Shown here in pieces: positions 16,543 through 25,121 of a stretch of DNA of 64,000 bases; position 1 is the first letter of the stretch, and every line of letters begins with the position of its first letter. Below the pieces are notes generated by a model. It was given only the letters and a program-made list of their open reading frames with translations, was not told the DNA's origin and ran no database searches. The stretch lies in the NCBI GenBank assembly GCA_021825655.1, contig JAKAGU010000004.1, positions 11,599-75,598 of the forward strand. Direction: 5' to 3'. Position numbers and translations under genes: made by a program. Origin of the DNA: a bacterium (lineage in GTDB: Bacteria > Patescibacteriota > Doudnabacteria > UBA920).

Positions 16543-19070
16543 ATGCGGTTTTGCAGCCAAATGTAAATGTTTTTTTCTTCGCGCTCAAGCCAGTCGGCGT
16601 TTGAAAGCACTTTTTCCAAAACCTGCCGGACTGTCCTTTGGGCGCCTAAAATTTTGTGTTGTTTAAAGAACTTTTCCAGCTCAACGGCTTTTTTACGGCT
16701 GGTAAACACTCCGGCCGCCTTAAGCAGGCGGCCCAGAAGGCCAAGCCCGTCGCCATACCTTTTAACCAGTTCCTGCCAATTCTGGCTGATAAACTTCCAA
16801 GCCAAATCCCGGCCAGCCGGGTTCTGAAGCACGGCAGCAATAATAAACGGCGCATCTTGGGCTCTTACCTGCCTGGATAAGGCAAAATCCAAAGTCAATT
16901 TTAACAAGCGAGCGTCGGTAAACTGGGCCAGAGATCTGCCTAAGCGGTCCTGTTCCTCATGGGAAGTGGCCGCCTTATATTTAGCCAGCAGGGTTGCGTG
17001 TACTTTCTTGCCGCCCATCCGGGCTGCCAGGCCATAAACCGCGCCTTTCAGGTTGGCGGGCAAAGGCCGCGAAGAATATAATTTGCTTTTCGCTTGGCTT
17101 AAGACTTTTTGGTCGCCGCTGGCGCCCAGCTGCGTCAGTACCAGACTGCGGAGCATGTGGCGGTGGTGGGTTTCGTTTTTGCCAGCGCTCCAGCCAAGCT
17201 TCTTGCCGATACCCGAAAACAGGCTCCGGCAAAACGCCAAATAACTTTCATAAGCCGCTGTGCCATACAGCAAGCTGCGCAGCCGCATTAAGCCGTCCGC
17301 CAGCTCCTCCCAGACAATCAGCTCTTCCTCGTTTTTATAAGCAAGTGCCAGTTCCAAAACTTTTGTTGCGGGCAGTTGGCCGCTTTCTGATAAGGCAAAG
17401 GCGTCCCGTATCAGGCCCAGCCGGTCAATCGCCGAAAGCCTTTTGGCGCTCACCAGGCGGCCTAGGGATTGAAGATAATCCGCCGGATAACTGACCCGGA
17501 GCAGAGACGTCTCGCCTAAATTAAACTTCAGCGGGGCCTTGGGTTTTGAAAAATTTTGGCTGCGTCTGGTTAACAGAACTTTGCTGCTGCCGTAAGCCAC
17601 AGGAACCTGCCAGAGCTGGGAATTTTTGGCAGCTTGCCTGGATAGCCGGCTAGAATAGAAACGCGCCTGGTCTAAGCGCAAATTTTTCGGCTGTTCTGTC
17701 AGTCGAAGCAGCGGATAACCCGGCTGTTTTGTCCAGGTGGCCATAATTTGCCGCACAGGCTTTTTAGAAGCTGCTTGCAGGGCCTGCCATAAATCCTCGG
17801 TACGGGTGTTTTTATAGGCGTGCTTTTTTAAATACCGCCTCAACCCTTCCCGAAAAGTCTTCTCCCCCAGATACTCGGCCAGCATGCGGATAACCGCCGA
17901 ACCTTTTGCGTAGGAAACTTCGTCGAAAATTTCGCTTATTTCCCCCGGGTGGCCCACCTCCACTTCCACGGGATGCGTATTTTCCAAAGCGTCCAAGCGT
18001 AGCGCCGCTGACATGCGGCCCGATACGTACTGCTCCCACATCCGCCATTCAGGAAACAGCGCATCCACGCATTTATACTCCATATAGCTCGCGAAACCTT
18101 CGTTGAGCCAAAGATGCGTCCACCAGTGCATGGTCACCAGGTTGCCAAACCACATATGGGCAATTTCATGCGCCACCACAATGGCGACCCACTGCCGCGT
18201 GGCCGCAGACGAACCGGCCTCGTCCACCAGTAACGCCGACTCCCGGTAAATGATGGCTCCCCAGTTTTCCATGGCCGCGGAAGCAAAATCCGGTATGGCA
18301 ATCATGTCCAAAACCGGCAGCGGGTAAGCAATGTCGAAATATTTTTCGTAAAAATCCAAGGCGCGGGTGGCGCAACCCAGCGCAAATTTTGCTTGGTGCT
18401 TTTTTTCGGGCGTGGTAAACACCCTGACCAGCACTCCCCGCTTGCTCCGCGCTTCAATATACTCCAGATTGCCAACCACAAACGCCAAAAGATAGGTGGA
18501 CATTTTTGGCGTAGGAGCGAACTCCACCACTTTGTAGCCGGCATCATGCTCGGCGATTTTTGCGGGCACGGTATTGGAGACAGCCATCAGTTGCTTGGGA
18601 ACAATCAGGGTGACGTCAAACACGGCCTTAGAAGCGGGCTCGTCAAAACAGGGAAAAGCTCGGCGCGCATCTGTGGCTTCGAACTGGGTTGTGGCTAAAT
18701 ATTTTTCTTTGCCTTCATGCAAGTAGCGACTGCGGTAAAAACCACGCATCTTATCGTTCAGCACCCCTTTAAACTTTATAGACAGTTCTGCTTTGCCCTT
18801 AGGCAAAGCGGCGCTAAACCGCAAGGCAACCGTTTCGTTCTTCTCGTTATACGCAATGTTTTTAGCTGTAAACCGGCGCTTACCGGAAACAAGCTGTGCG
18901 CTTAAAATATCCAGTTCTTTCGCGTGTAGGATTATTTGCTTGTCACTTTTTTTGAGCTTGAGGTAAATTGTTTCCTCACCCTGAAAGACAAACCCTTCCA
19001 AATCGGGCTTAAGCATAAGCCTGTAGCGTTCCGGGACAACATGGCCGGGCAAGCGGTGCTGGTTTTGCAT
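16539..19070 (-). CDS. M1 family aminopeptidase with ERAP1-like C-terminal domain
   Basis: DARRAFPCFDEP, AAMENWG, HEIAHMWFGN..WLNEG. Confidence 0.93.
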   Translation of the reverse strand: MQNQHRLPGHVVPERYRLMLKPDLEGFVFQGEETIYLKLKKSDKQIILHAKELDILSAQLVSGKRRFTAKNIAYNEKNETVALRFSAALPKGKAELSIKFKGVLNDKMRGFYRSRYLHEGKEKYLATTQFEATDARRAFPCFDEPASKAVFDVTLIVPKQLMAVSNTVPAKIAEHDAGYKVVEFAPTPKMSTYLLAFVVGNLEYIEARSKRGVLVRVFTTPEKKHQAKFALGCATRALDFYEKYFDIAYPLPVLDMIAIPDFASAAMENWGAIIYRESALLVDEAGSSAATRQWVAIVVAHEIAHMWFGNLVTMHWWTHLWLNEGFASYMEYKCVDALFPEWRMWEQYVSGRMSAALRLDALENTHPVEVEVGHPGEISEIFDEVSYAKGSAVIRMLAEYLGEKTFREGLRRYLKKHAYKNTRTEDLWQALQAASKKPVRQIMATWTKQPGYPLLRLTEQPKNLRLDQARFYSSRLSRQAAKNSQLWQVPVAYGSSKVLLTRRSQNFSKPKAPLKFNLGETSLLRVSYPADYLQSLGRLVSAKRLSAIDRLGLIRDAFALSESGQLPATKVLELALAYKNEEELIVWEELADGLMRLRSLLYGTAAYESYLAFCRSLFSGIGKKLGWSAGKNETHHRHMLRSLVLTQLGASGDQKVLSQAKSKLYSSRPLPANLKGAVYGLAARMGGKKVHATLLAKYKAATSHEEQDRLGRSLAQFTDARLLKLTLDFALSRQVRAQDAPFIIAAVLQNPAGRDLAWKFISQNWQELVKRYGDGLGLLGRLLKAAGVFTSRKKAVELEKFFKQHKILGAQRTVRQVLEKVLSNADWLEREEKNIYIWLQNRI

Positions 19071-19077
19071 ATACAAT

Positions 19078-19872
19078 TTAAAAAAGTAAGTTTTTAGTTT
19101 CAGCCTCGGACAACCCCCCGGTTTTCATTAAAAATTTCTTGTCCGAGCCTTTGAAAAAATGGCTCTTATCAAACCCCAAAAGCTTAGCGGCCACTTCTAT
19201 GTCGGGCAGGTCCTTGCCTTCAATTTCCAGCCAAAACGGGACATTGTGGGTTTCAAAGGCCGGGCTTTCATTAAGCTCAACCAGCTGCCCGGTCTTTAGG
19301 CGGTAACTGGTCCGGAGTTTTTGGCGATGACTGTCCAGCTCTAAGCCCAATTCATTTTCTAAAAATTGGCGCAGCATAGTAGGGTCCTTAAGCTCTACTT
19401 CCACTTCGGGTTTTTCTTCAATGTACCCGTTTTCATCCAGCTTTTCCAAGCGGCGCTTGGCCGTAAAAATCCAGGTTCCGCCGTCATTGCGGATCCTGAC
19501 CGTGGTGTTGTCCATGTCAGGCGGAGAAACCAGCTCCAATTTATCCGCATTTTCGCTCACGCTGAAACCCAGCAAGGTGAAGGCGCTTATAACTGTGGGG
19601 TCTTTGGCTCCGCTGTCCGGACCTGAAAAAGCCTCCATGGCAACGGCGGTTTTCTTGCCTGGTTTAAAATTCTCCCCGGCCGTAAAACGCAAATCATCAA
19701 TCATCCGGGTTTTCTCCGCCAACTCCGCTTTTACTGCCTGCATCTGCGCGATAAAGTCGTCCCGGCTGCCTATGTACTTTATTTTGGTTTCCCGCTCGAC
19801 CGGAAAACCGCCTTCTTTTTCAAAAGACGGAAAACTTTTTTCCAAATGGTGCCCATGGATAAAATTTTGCAA
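19078..19872 (-). CDS. CYTH / class IV adenylate cyclase-like protein
   Basis: ExExK (ERETK), VRIR, FTAK, EVEVE, KLRTSY, WLEIEG. Confidence 0.72.
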   Translation of the reverse strand: MQNFIHGHHLEKSFPSFEKEGGFPVERETKIKYIGSRDDFIAQMQAVKAELAEKTRMIDDLRFTAGENFKPGKKTAVAMEAFSGPDSGAKDPTVISAFTLLGFSVSENADKLELVSPPDMDNTTVRIRNDGGTWIFTAKRRLEKLDENGYIEEKPEVEVELKDPTMLRQFLENELGLELDSHRQKLRTSYRLKTGQLVELNESPAFETHNVPFWLEIEGKDLPDIEVAAKLLGFDKSHFFKGSDKKFLMKTGGLSEAETKNLLF

Positions 19873-19877
19873 AACCT

Positions 19878-20207
19878 TTATTCCTTTTTTACTGCTTCCG
19901 GCGCAGCGCTTTCATGGGGATGCTCGTGCCCCTCATGGCTATGGTCATGAGGATGGGCGGCCTGGCGCTCTTTCTCCAGCTTGTCTATTGCCTGGTTAAT
20001 CTGTGTGCCGTATTCTTTAATTTTTTCCTGGCCGTTAACCAAAAATTCAGCAATCTGTTCGGGCTTGATGCTCAAAAGCATACCAAGGCCTATTACGTGG
20101 GCGCTGGTTGTCCAAAGGTTGCGGTCAGTAACTTCCTGGCGCATCATTAATTCGTAAAGCACTTTTTCTGTTTTGGTGGGTTCCTTTTTTTTGAAGTCGT
20201 TTGCCAT
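19878..20207 (-). CDS. Hypothetical protein with His-rich tail
   Basis: 109 aa, in operon; HPHDHSHEGHEHPHE. Confidence 0.7.
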   Translation of the reverse strand: MANDFKKKEPTKTEKVLYELMMRQEVTDRNLWTTSAHVIGLGMLLSIKPEQIAEFLVNGQEKIKEYGTQINQAIDKLEKERQAAHPHDHSHEGHEHPHESAAPEAVKKE

Positions 20208-20225
20208 AATAGTCTGCTTTGTTAA

Positions 20226-20663
20226 TTATTCTTTATATTCGTCATAATGCCGTCCTTGTTTGATATTCCTAAGCGCCAGCCTAACTGGTGCAAACAGCGG
20301 CTCCGGGAGATCGTCCAGAGAAAACCAGCCGACTGCCTCAACTTTATCGGGTTCCATTGGCCGCGGGTCTCCGGAAAGGATATCGGCCAAAAATATAATG
20401 TCGACGTATTGTTTGCCGTTTTTCCACTGTTCATCCAAACAAGTCAAAAATTTCAAGTTTCCGACTTCAATCCCGAGTTCTTCCCGGGTTTCGCGCACAG
20501 CTGCCTGGGCCGGCGTTTCGCCAACTTCCACGTGCCCGCCCGCAGACCCCCACTGGCCGTCGCCTAACGCCTTTTTCTTCCTTTTTGCCAGCAGGGTCTT
20601 GCCGTCCTTGATTATAATAACGCCTGCACCCAAGCGGATTTGTTGCAAAGATTCCTTCCCCAT
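20226..20663 (-). CDS. NUDIX hydrolase
   Basis: GGHVEVGETPAQAAVRETREELG Nudix box; ATG 20663 directly after the secA stop. Confidence 0.88.
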   Translation of the reverse strand: MGKESLQQIRLGAGVIIIKDGKTLLAKRKKKALGDGQWGSAGGHVEVGETPAQAAVRETREELGIEVGNLKFLTCLDEQWKNGKQYVDIIFLADILSGDPRPMEPDKVEAVGWFSLDDLPEPLFAPVRLALRNIKQGRHYDEYKE

Positions 20664-20665
20664 TT

Positions 20666-23350
20666 TTATGAGTTTACTCCGTGGCACTTCTTAAACTTTT
20701 TGCCGCTGCCGCATGGACAAGGGTCGTTCCGGCCGACATTTTCAAACAAAGCCGGGTCGATTGCGGCTTTACTGCCTGGACCGACGGGTTCCGCTTTTGG
20801 AGTTTGCGGCGCCGCGCTCACCTGGACCGAAACTTTAAAGATACTGTAAACAACCTGCTTGTTAATCTCCGCCGTCATGCGCTGGAACATGGAAAAGCCT
20901 TCCTTTTTGTATTCCACCAAAGGATCCCTTTGCCCGTAGCCTCTCAGCCGTACGCTATCCCGCAGATGGTCCATAGTATCCAAGTGCTCCATCCATAAAG
21001 TATCCAGTGCCTGCAAGGCCACGTATCTCTGGGCGCCTTCGAAAACTTCCTTGCCCATCTCCTTTTCTTTTACCTCCCAGTATTGTTCCGCGGCTTTGGC
21101 CAGGACGTCTGCGATTGCAAATTCAGCATTTGCGGCGTTTTCCCTGGCCTGTTTGACCTCGGCCACGATTTCTTTAGTCACAGGCAGAATCGTATTGGCC
21201 GCTTTGAGAATTTCATCAACCGGATCGCGTTTGTCACTGGTCTCTTCTTCGGGCAAATTCAGGTGAAAAGTCACTAGCTCGCCAAGTTCCTGCTTTACCA
21301 TTTCCAAAAATTCAGCTTTCAGGTCCACGCCCTGGCTTTCAGGCGTGCCTGCCAAATAGCGCCGCCGCCGCTTGTAGATAATATTCCGCTGGTGGTTAAG
21401 CACGTCATCGAACTCCAGCACATGCTTGCGGGTGTCGAAATTCAGGCCTTCAATTTTTTTCTGCGCCTGTTCAATGGATTTAGAAACCATACCGGCCGCT
21501 ATCGGCTGGTCGTCCGGCAAACCCAGCGTATTCATGAGGTTTTTCATGCGTTCGCCGCCGAATAGCCTCATGAGGTCGTCTTCCATGGAAACAAAAAACT
21601 GAGAGGAACCGGGGTCGCCCTGGCGCCCGGCACGGCCTCTGAGCTGGTTATCAATACGGCGGGATTCATGGCGCTCGGTACCCAAAATATGCAGGCCGCC
21701 CGCCTCCCGTACGGCTTTTGCCTCCTCCGGGTCAATGGGGTTGCCGCCCAGCAAAATATCCACGCCGCGGCCGGCAATGTTGGTTGCCAGCGTTATCGCC
21801 TTAAAGCGTCCGGCTTGCGAAATAATCTGGGCTTCGCGTTCATGGTTTTTTGCGTTTAAGATTTCAAACTGCAGGCCTTCTTTTTTCAATGACTCGGCCA
21901 ATAGTTCGTTTTTAGCGATGCTAACCGTGCCCACAAGCACGGGCTGTCCCTTTTTGTTGCGTTCCTTGACCTCAAGCGCAATGGCCCTGAATTTGGCCTC
22001 TTCGGTCTTATACACCATATCCGGCAAATCCTGCCTGACCATGGGCTTGTTGGTGGGAATTTGCTCGACTGTCAGCTTGTATATCTTAAAAAATTCTTCT
22101 TCTTCGGTCTTGGCCGTACCCGTCATGCCCGAAAGAAATGCGTACAAACGAAAAAGGTTCTGGAAAGTAATGGTGGCCAGAGTTTTGCTTTCTTGCTGGA
22201 TTTTTACGCTTTCTTTGGCTTCGATAGCCTGGTGTAGGCCTTCCGAATACCTGCGGCCAAACATCAGCCGGCCCGTAAACTCGTCGACAATCACAATCTC
22301 TCCTTCCCGCACCACGTAATCGCGGTCTTTTTTGAACAGCGTTTTGGCCCTCAGCGCCTGCTCAATATGGTGGATTGTTGTCACGCCTTTTGACGTGTCG
22401 TAAATATTGGGCACTTTCAGGATTTTTTCGATTTTGGTAATACCTTCGTCGCTCAGGCTCACCGCTTTGTGTTTTTCGTCGATTACGTAATCCTTTTCGT
22501 CTTCCAGCTGTTCCACCATGCGGGCAAATTCAGTATACTTTTCCGTTGGATCCATGTCCGGACTGGAAATAATCAAAGGCGTGCGGGCCTCGTCAATCAG
22601 AATGCTGTCCACTTCGTCCACAATGGCAAAGAACAAATCGCGCTGAACCATTTGGCTGGCGTGCTGCACCATGTTATCGCGCAAAAAATCAAAGCCAAAT
22701 TCGTTGTTCGTCCCATAAGTAATGTCAGCGGCGTACGCCTGGCGCCGGGAAATGGGGCGCATGTGTTTTACATCCATAACCAGGCCTTGAGTGGCGCCTT
22801 CCAGCTGTTCAATTTCGGAAGCTTCGGGCTGGTACGAGGAATCATACAAAAACGACTGTTCGTGCTGAATGGAAGCCACGGACAAGCCTAAATAATGGAA
22901 GATTGGGCCCATCAAGGAGGCCTGCCACCGGGCCAAGTAATCGTTGACCGTTACCAAGTGCGAACCTTTGCCCGCCAAGGCGTACAGCACCAAAGGCAGG
23001 GTAGCAGTCAAGGTTTTGCCCTCGCCGGTGCGCATTTCCGCAATATGGTTTTCGGCCAGCGCAAAACCGCCGGCAACCTGGACATCGTAATGGAACTGTC
23101 CGATAGCTCTTTTGGCGGCCTCCCGGGTAAGCGCAAAAACCCTCGGCGCAATTCGGCGCAATTCGGTCCGAATTTCATCGCGCTCGGTTTTTCCCGCGAA
23201 CTCGGAAATAAAATCCTGGATTTCTTTTTTAATGTCCTGTTCGCTCAAAAGCGAAACAGCGTCCTTAAACCCGTTAACTTCTTCCAATTCTTTTGACCAT
23301 CTGACCAGCGCAGACTTTTCACCGCTGAAAATTCTTGAAAGTATTGACAT
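20666..23350 (-). CDS. secA: Preprotein translocase SecA
   Basis: MRTGEGKT, DEVDSILIDEARTPLIIS, ERHESRRIDNQLRGRAGRQGDPG, SEC-C GRNDPCPCGSGKKFKKCH. Confidence 0.98.
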   Translation of the reverse strand: MSILSRIFSGEKSALVRWSKELEEVNGFKDAVSLLSEQDIKKEIQDFISEFAGKTERDEIRTELRRIAPRVFALTREAAKRAIGQFHYDVQVAGGFALAENHIAEMRTGEGKTLTATLPLVLYALAGKGSHLVTVNDYLARWQASLMGPIFHYLGLSVASIQHEQSFLYDSSYQPEASEIEQLEGATQGLVMDVKHMRPISRRQAYAADITYGTNNEFGFDFLRDNMVQHASQMVQRDLFFAIVDEVDSILIDEARTPLIISSPDMDPTEKYTEFARMVEQLEDEKDYVIDEKHKAVSLSDEGITKIEKILKVPNIYDTSKGVTTIHHIEQALRAKTLFKKDRDYVVREGEIVIVDEFTGRLMFGRRYSEGLHQAIEAKESVKIQQESKTLATITFQNLFRLYAFLSGMTGTAKTEEEEFFKIYKLTVEQIPTNKPMVRQDLPDMVYKTEEAKFRAIALEVKERNKKGQPVLVGTVSIAKNELLAESLKKEGLQFEILNAKNHEREAQIISQAGRFKAITLATNIAGRGVDILLGGNPIDPEEAKAVREAGGLHILGTERHESRRIDNQLRGRAGRQGDPGSSQFFVSMEDDLMRLFGGERMKNLMNTLGLPDDQPIAAGMVSKSIEQAQKKIEGLNFDTRKHVLEFDDVLNHQRNIIYKRRRRYLAGTPESQGVDLKAEFLEMVKQELGELVTFHLNLPEEETSDKRDPVDEILKAANTILPVTKEIVAEVKQARENAANAEFAIADVLAKAAEQYWEVKEKEMGKEVFEGAQRYVALQALDTLWMEHLDTMDHLRDSVRLRGYGQRDPLVEYKKEGFSMFQRMTAEINKQVVYSIFKVSVQVSAAPQTPKAEPVGPGSKAAIDPALFENVGRNDPCPCGSGKKFKKCHGVNS

Positions 23351-23391
23351 GCTTATATTTATACAATTTTTCTGCTAATTTATGACACTTT

Positions 23392-23400
23392 ATTATACCA
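23392..23400 (-). promoter_or_regulatory. Extended -10 (TGGTATAAT) for secA
   Basis: Consensus TGnTATAAT about 40 nt upstream of the ATG. Confidence 0.6.
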
Positions 23401-23411
23401 GAACTTCGCAT

Positions 23412-23450
23412 AAAAACAAAGGCCGCCGGACACCTGCTGCCCGAGCGGCC
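23412..23450 (-). terminator. Intrinsic terminator after hpf
   Basis: GGCCGC..GCGGCC stem followed by TTTGTTTTT on the minus strand. Confidence 0.7.
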
Positions 23451-23468
23451 GAAAGTTAAAATTTTTGA

Positions 23469-23810
23469 TTACATGCCCCGCTTCAGCCTGGAAGCGCTGC
23501 GGGCGGCGACTTTGCGCCTCGTCAGCTGTTTGTCCTTGGCTTTCATCAGCTGCTCTTTAATTTTTGGCAAAGCGATGTCGAAAGCGGCGTAAAAATCCGG
23601 GGCAAAACCTTCAGCATAAAATTTGCTGGGCAGGATATTTATTTCTGTGCGGAAAACATCCCCGGTTTTATGCTTTTTATCGATTTCCAGCTCAACATGA
23701 AGCTTGTACTCGGGCTTTAAAAACTTTTCCAAAGAACTTAGCTTTTCCTCTATAAAATTCTTAATGGAGGGGGTAAGCGTAGTATTTGTGGCTTTGATGT
23801 TGATTTTCAT
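23469..23810 (-). CDS. hpf: Ribosome hibernation factor HPF/RaiA (short form)
   Basis: MKINIKATN..LTPSIKNFIEEKL..HKTGDVF..DFYAAFD..KIKEQL. Confidence 0.85.
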   Translation of the reverse strand: MKINIKATNTTLTPSIKNFIEEKLSSLEKFLKPEYKLHVELEIDKKHKTGDVFRTEINILPSKFYAEGFAPDFYAAFDIALPKIKEQLMKAKDKQLTRRKVAARSASRLKRGM

Positions 23811-23874
23811 AAAAATTCCGTCTAAGTTTTAAATTATACTGGTAAAGCGTATATGCAGTTTAACATTTTCCGCT

Positions 23875-24963
23875 TCAAATTTCAACGCTTTTTAATTCTT
23901 CGGCCGTAAACCCCAGCAGGATGGGTTCTAAGTTAAGGTTCAGGCCCAATTTTTGCCTAACAACAGAAACCACTTCTCCCGCCAAATGCAGCACATCCGA
24001 AGCAGTGGCCAGGCCGGTTTCGTTAACTATCACCAAAGGCTGCGCATGGTTTATTTTTGCTCCGCCGTACTTTAAGTCCTTTAAACCGCAAAGCTCTATT
24101 AAAGCCGCGGCGGGCAGTTTTACCCTCCCCTCCCCGTCCGCAAACTTTTTTTTGTCTAAGCCTACGGCCTGGCCGGCCCCGAAAGCAGCCTCAACCTTAC
24201 TTAGCAACTCGGCATATTCCGTCTGGTTGAGCGACAAGTTTTTAAAAAACGAGCCGGCATTGCCATTTTTGGCCGCTTGGGGAAACGGGTATTTGGAATT
24301 CCGGATCTTTATTACAGCCTCACGGACTTCCTCCAAGCCTGGCAAGCGGCCCTTAAACCTTTCTTTTAAATCCCGATATTCTAAAATTGGCGCCGGCAGC
24401 AGGCTTAAGCGCAGGGTTAGATACAAAATTATGTAACGGCCTTTTTGGGAACTGTTGAAAATACTGCGCCGGTAAGCAAAGCCGCAGGAGGCGTTTTCAA
24501 TCTCTACAAGCGACTGGCTGGACGTGTCGTAAACAGCAACGGATTCCACCAGGCGCGATGCTTCCTGTCCGTATGCGCCGACGTTCTGCACTGCAATTGC
24601 GCCGCAGCTGCCCGGTATGTGGGAAAGATTTTCCGCTCCCCACCAGCCGCGCCCAACGGCCCAGCTTACCACCTGGTCCCAGTTTTCGCCCGAAGCCACC
24701 TTCAGCCACACTCCTGACTCGTCCTGTTTTATTTTTTCCTTGCCGAGCAGATTGATTTTTAAAACCAGCCCCTCAAAGCCCCGGTCGCTGACCAGTAAAT
24801 TACTGCCGCCGCCCAGCACAAAAACGGGCAACTGTCGAAGCTGGGCAAAATTTAAAGCTGTTTTTATTTCTTCCAAGCTGGAAGCTTCGCAAAACCAGCG
24901 GGACGGGCCGCCGATTTTAAACGTCGTATAAGGGGCTAAAGGTACGTTTTCAAGTATGTCCAT
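23875..24963 (-). CDS. murB: UDP-N-acetylenolpyruvoylglucosamine reductase
   Basis: LAPYTTFKIGG, LGGGSNLL, QNVGAYGQE, FAYRRSIF, NAGSFFKN. Confidence 0.95.
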   Translation of the reverse strand: MDILENVPLAPYTTFKIGGPSRWFCEASSLEEIKTALNFAQLRQLPVFVLGGGSNLLVSDRGFEGLVLKINLLGKEKIKQDESGVWLKVASGENWDQVVSWAVGRGWWGAENLSHIPGSCGAIAVQNVGAYGQEASRLVESVAVYDTSSQSLVEIENASCGFAYRRSIFNSSQKGRYIILYLTLRLSLLPAPILEYRDLKERFKGRLPGLEEVREAVIKIRNSKYPFPQAAKNGNAGSFFKNLSLNQTEYAELLSKVEAAFGAGQAVGLDKKKFADGEGRVKLPAAALIELCGLKDLKYGGAKINHAQPLVIVNETGLATASDVLHLAGEVVSVVRQKLGLNLNLEPILLGFTAEELKSVEI

Positions 24964-24974
24964 TTGATAAAAAA

Positions 24975-25121
24975 TTACTGGAAAACCCCGGGAGCAGCAT
25001 TACCCGGCCGGACCGGTGTGCTCCCACGGCCCTTTAGCCAGCCAAAACCCCAGTAAAACAAGGCCGAAGCAACTATAAAAATTATCACTGCATAAACCCA
25101 AGTCCTGGCGTTAGACTGCAT
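24975..25121 (-). CDS. Small single-TM protein (48 aa), below the ORF-track cutoff
   Basis: MQSNARTWVYAVIIFIVASALFYWGFGWLKGRGSTPVRPGNAAPGVFQ*; overlaps the upstream stop and fills the gap to murB. Confidence 0.65.
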   Translation of the reverse strand: MQSNARTWVYAVIIFIVASALFYWGFGWLKGRGSTPVRPGNAAPGVFQ

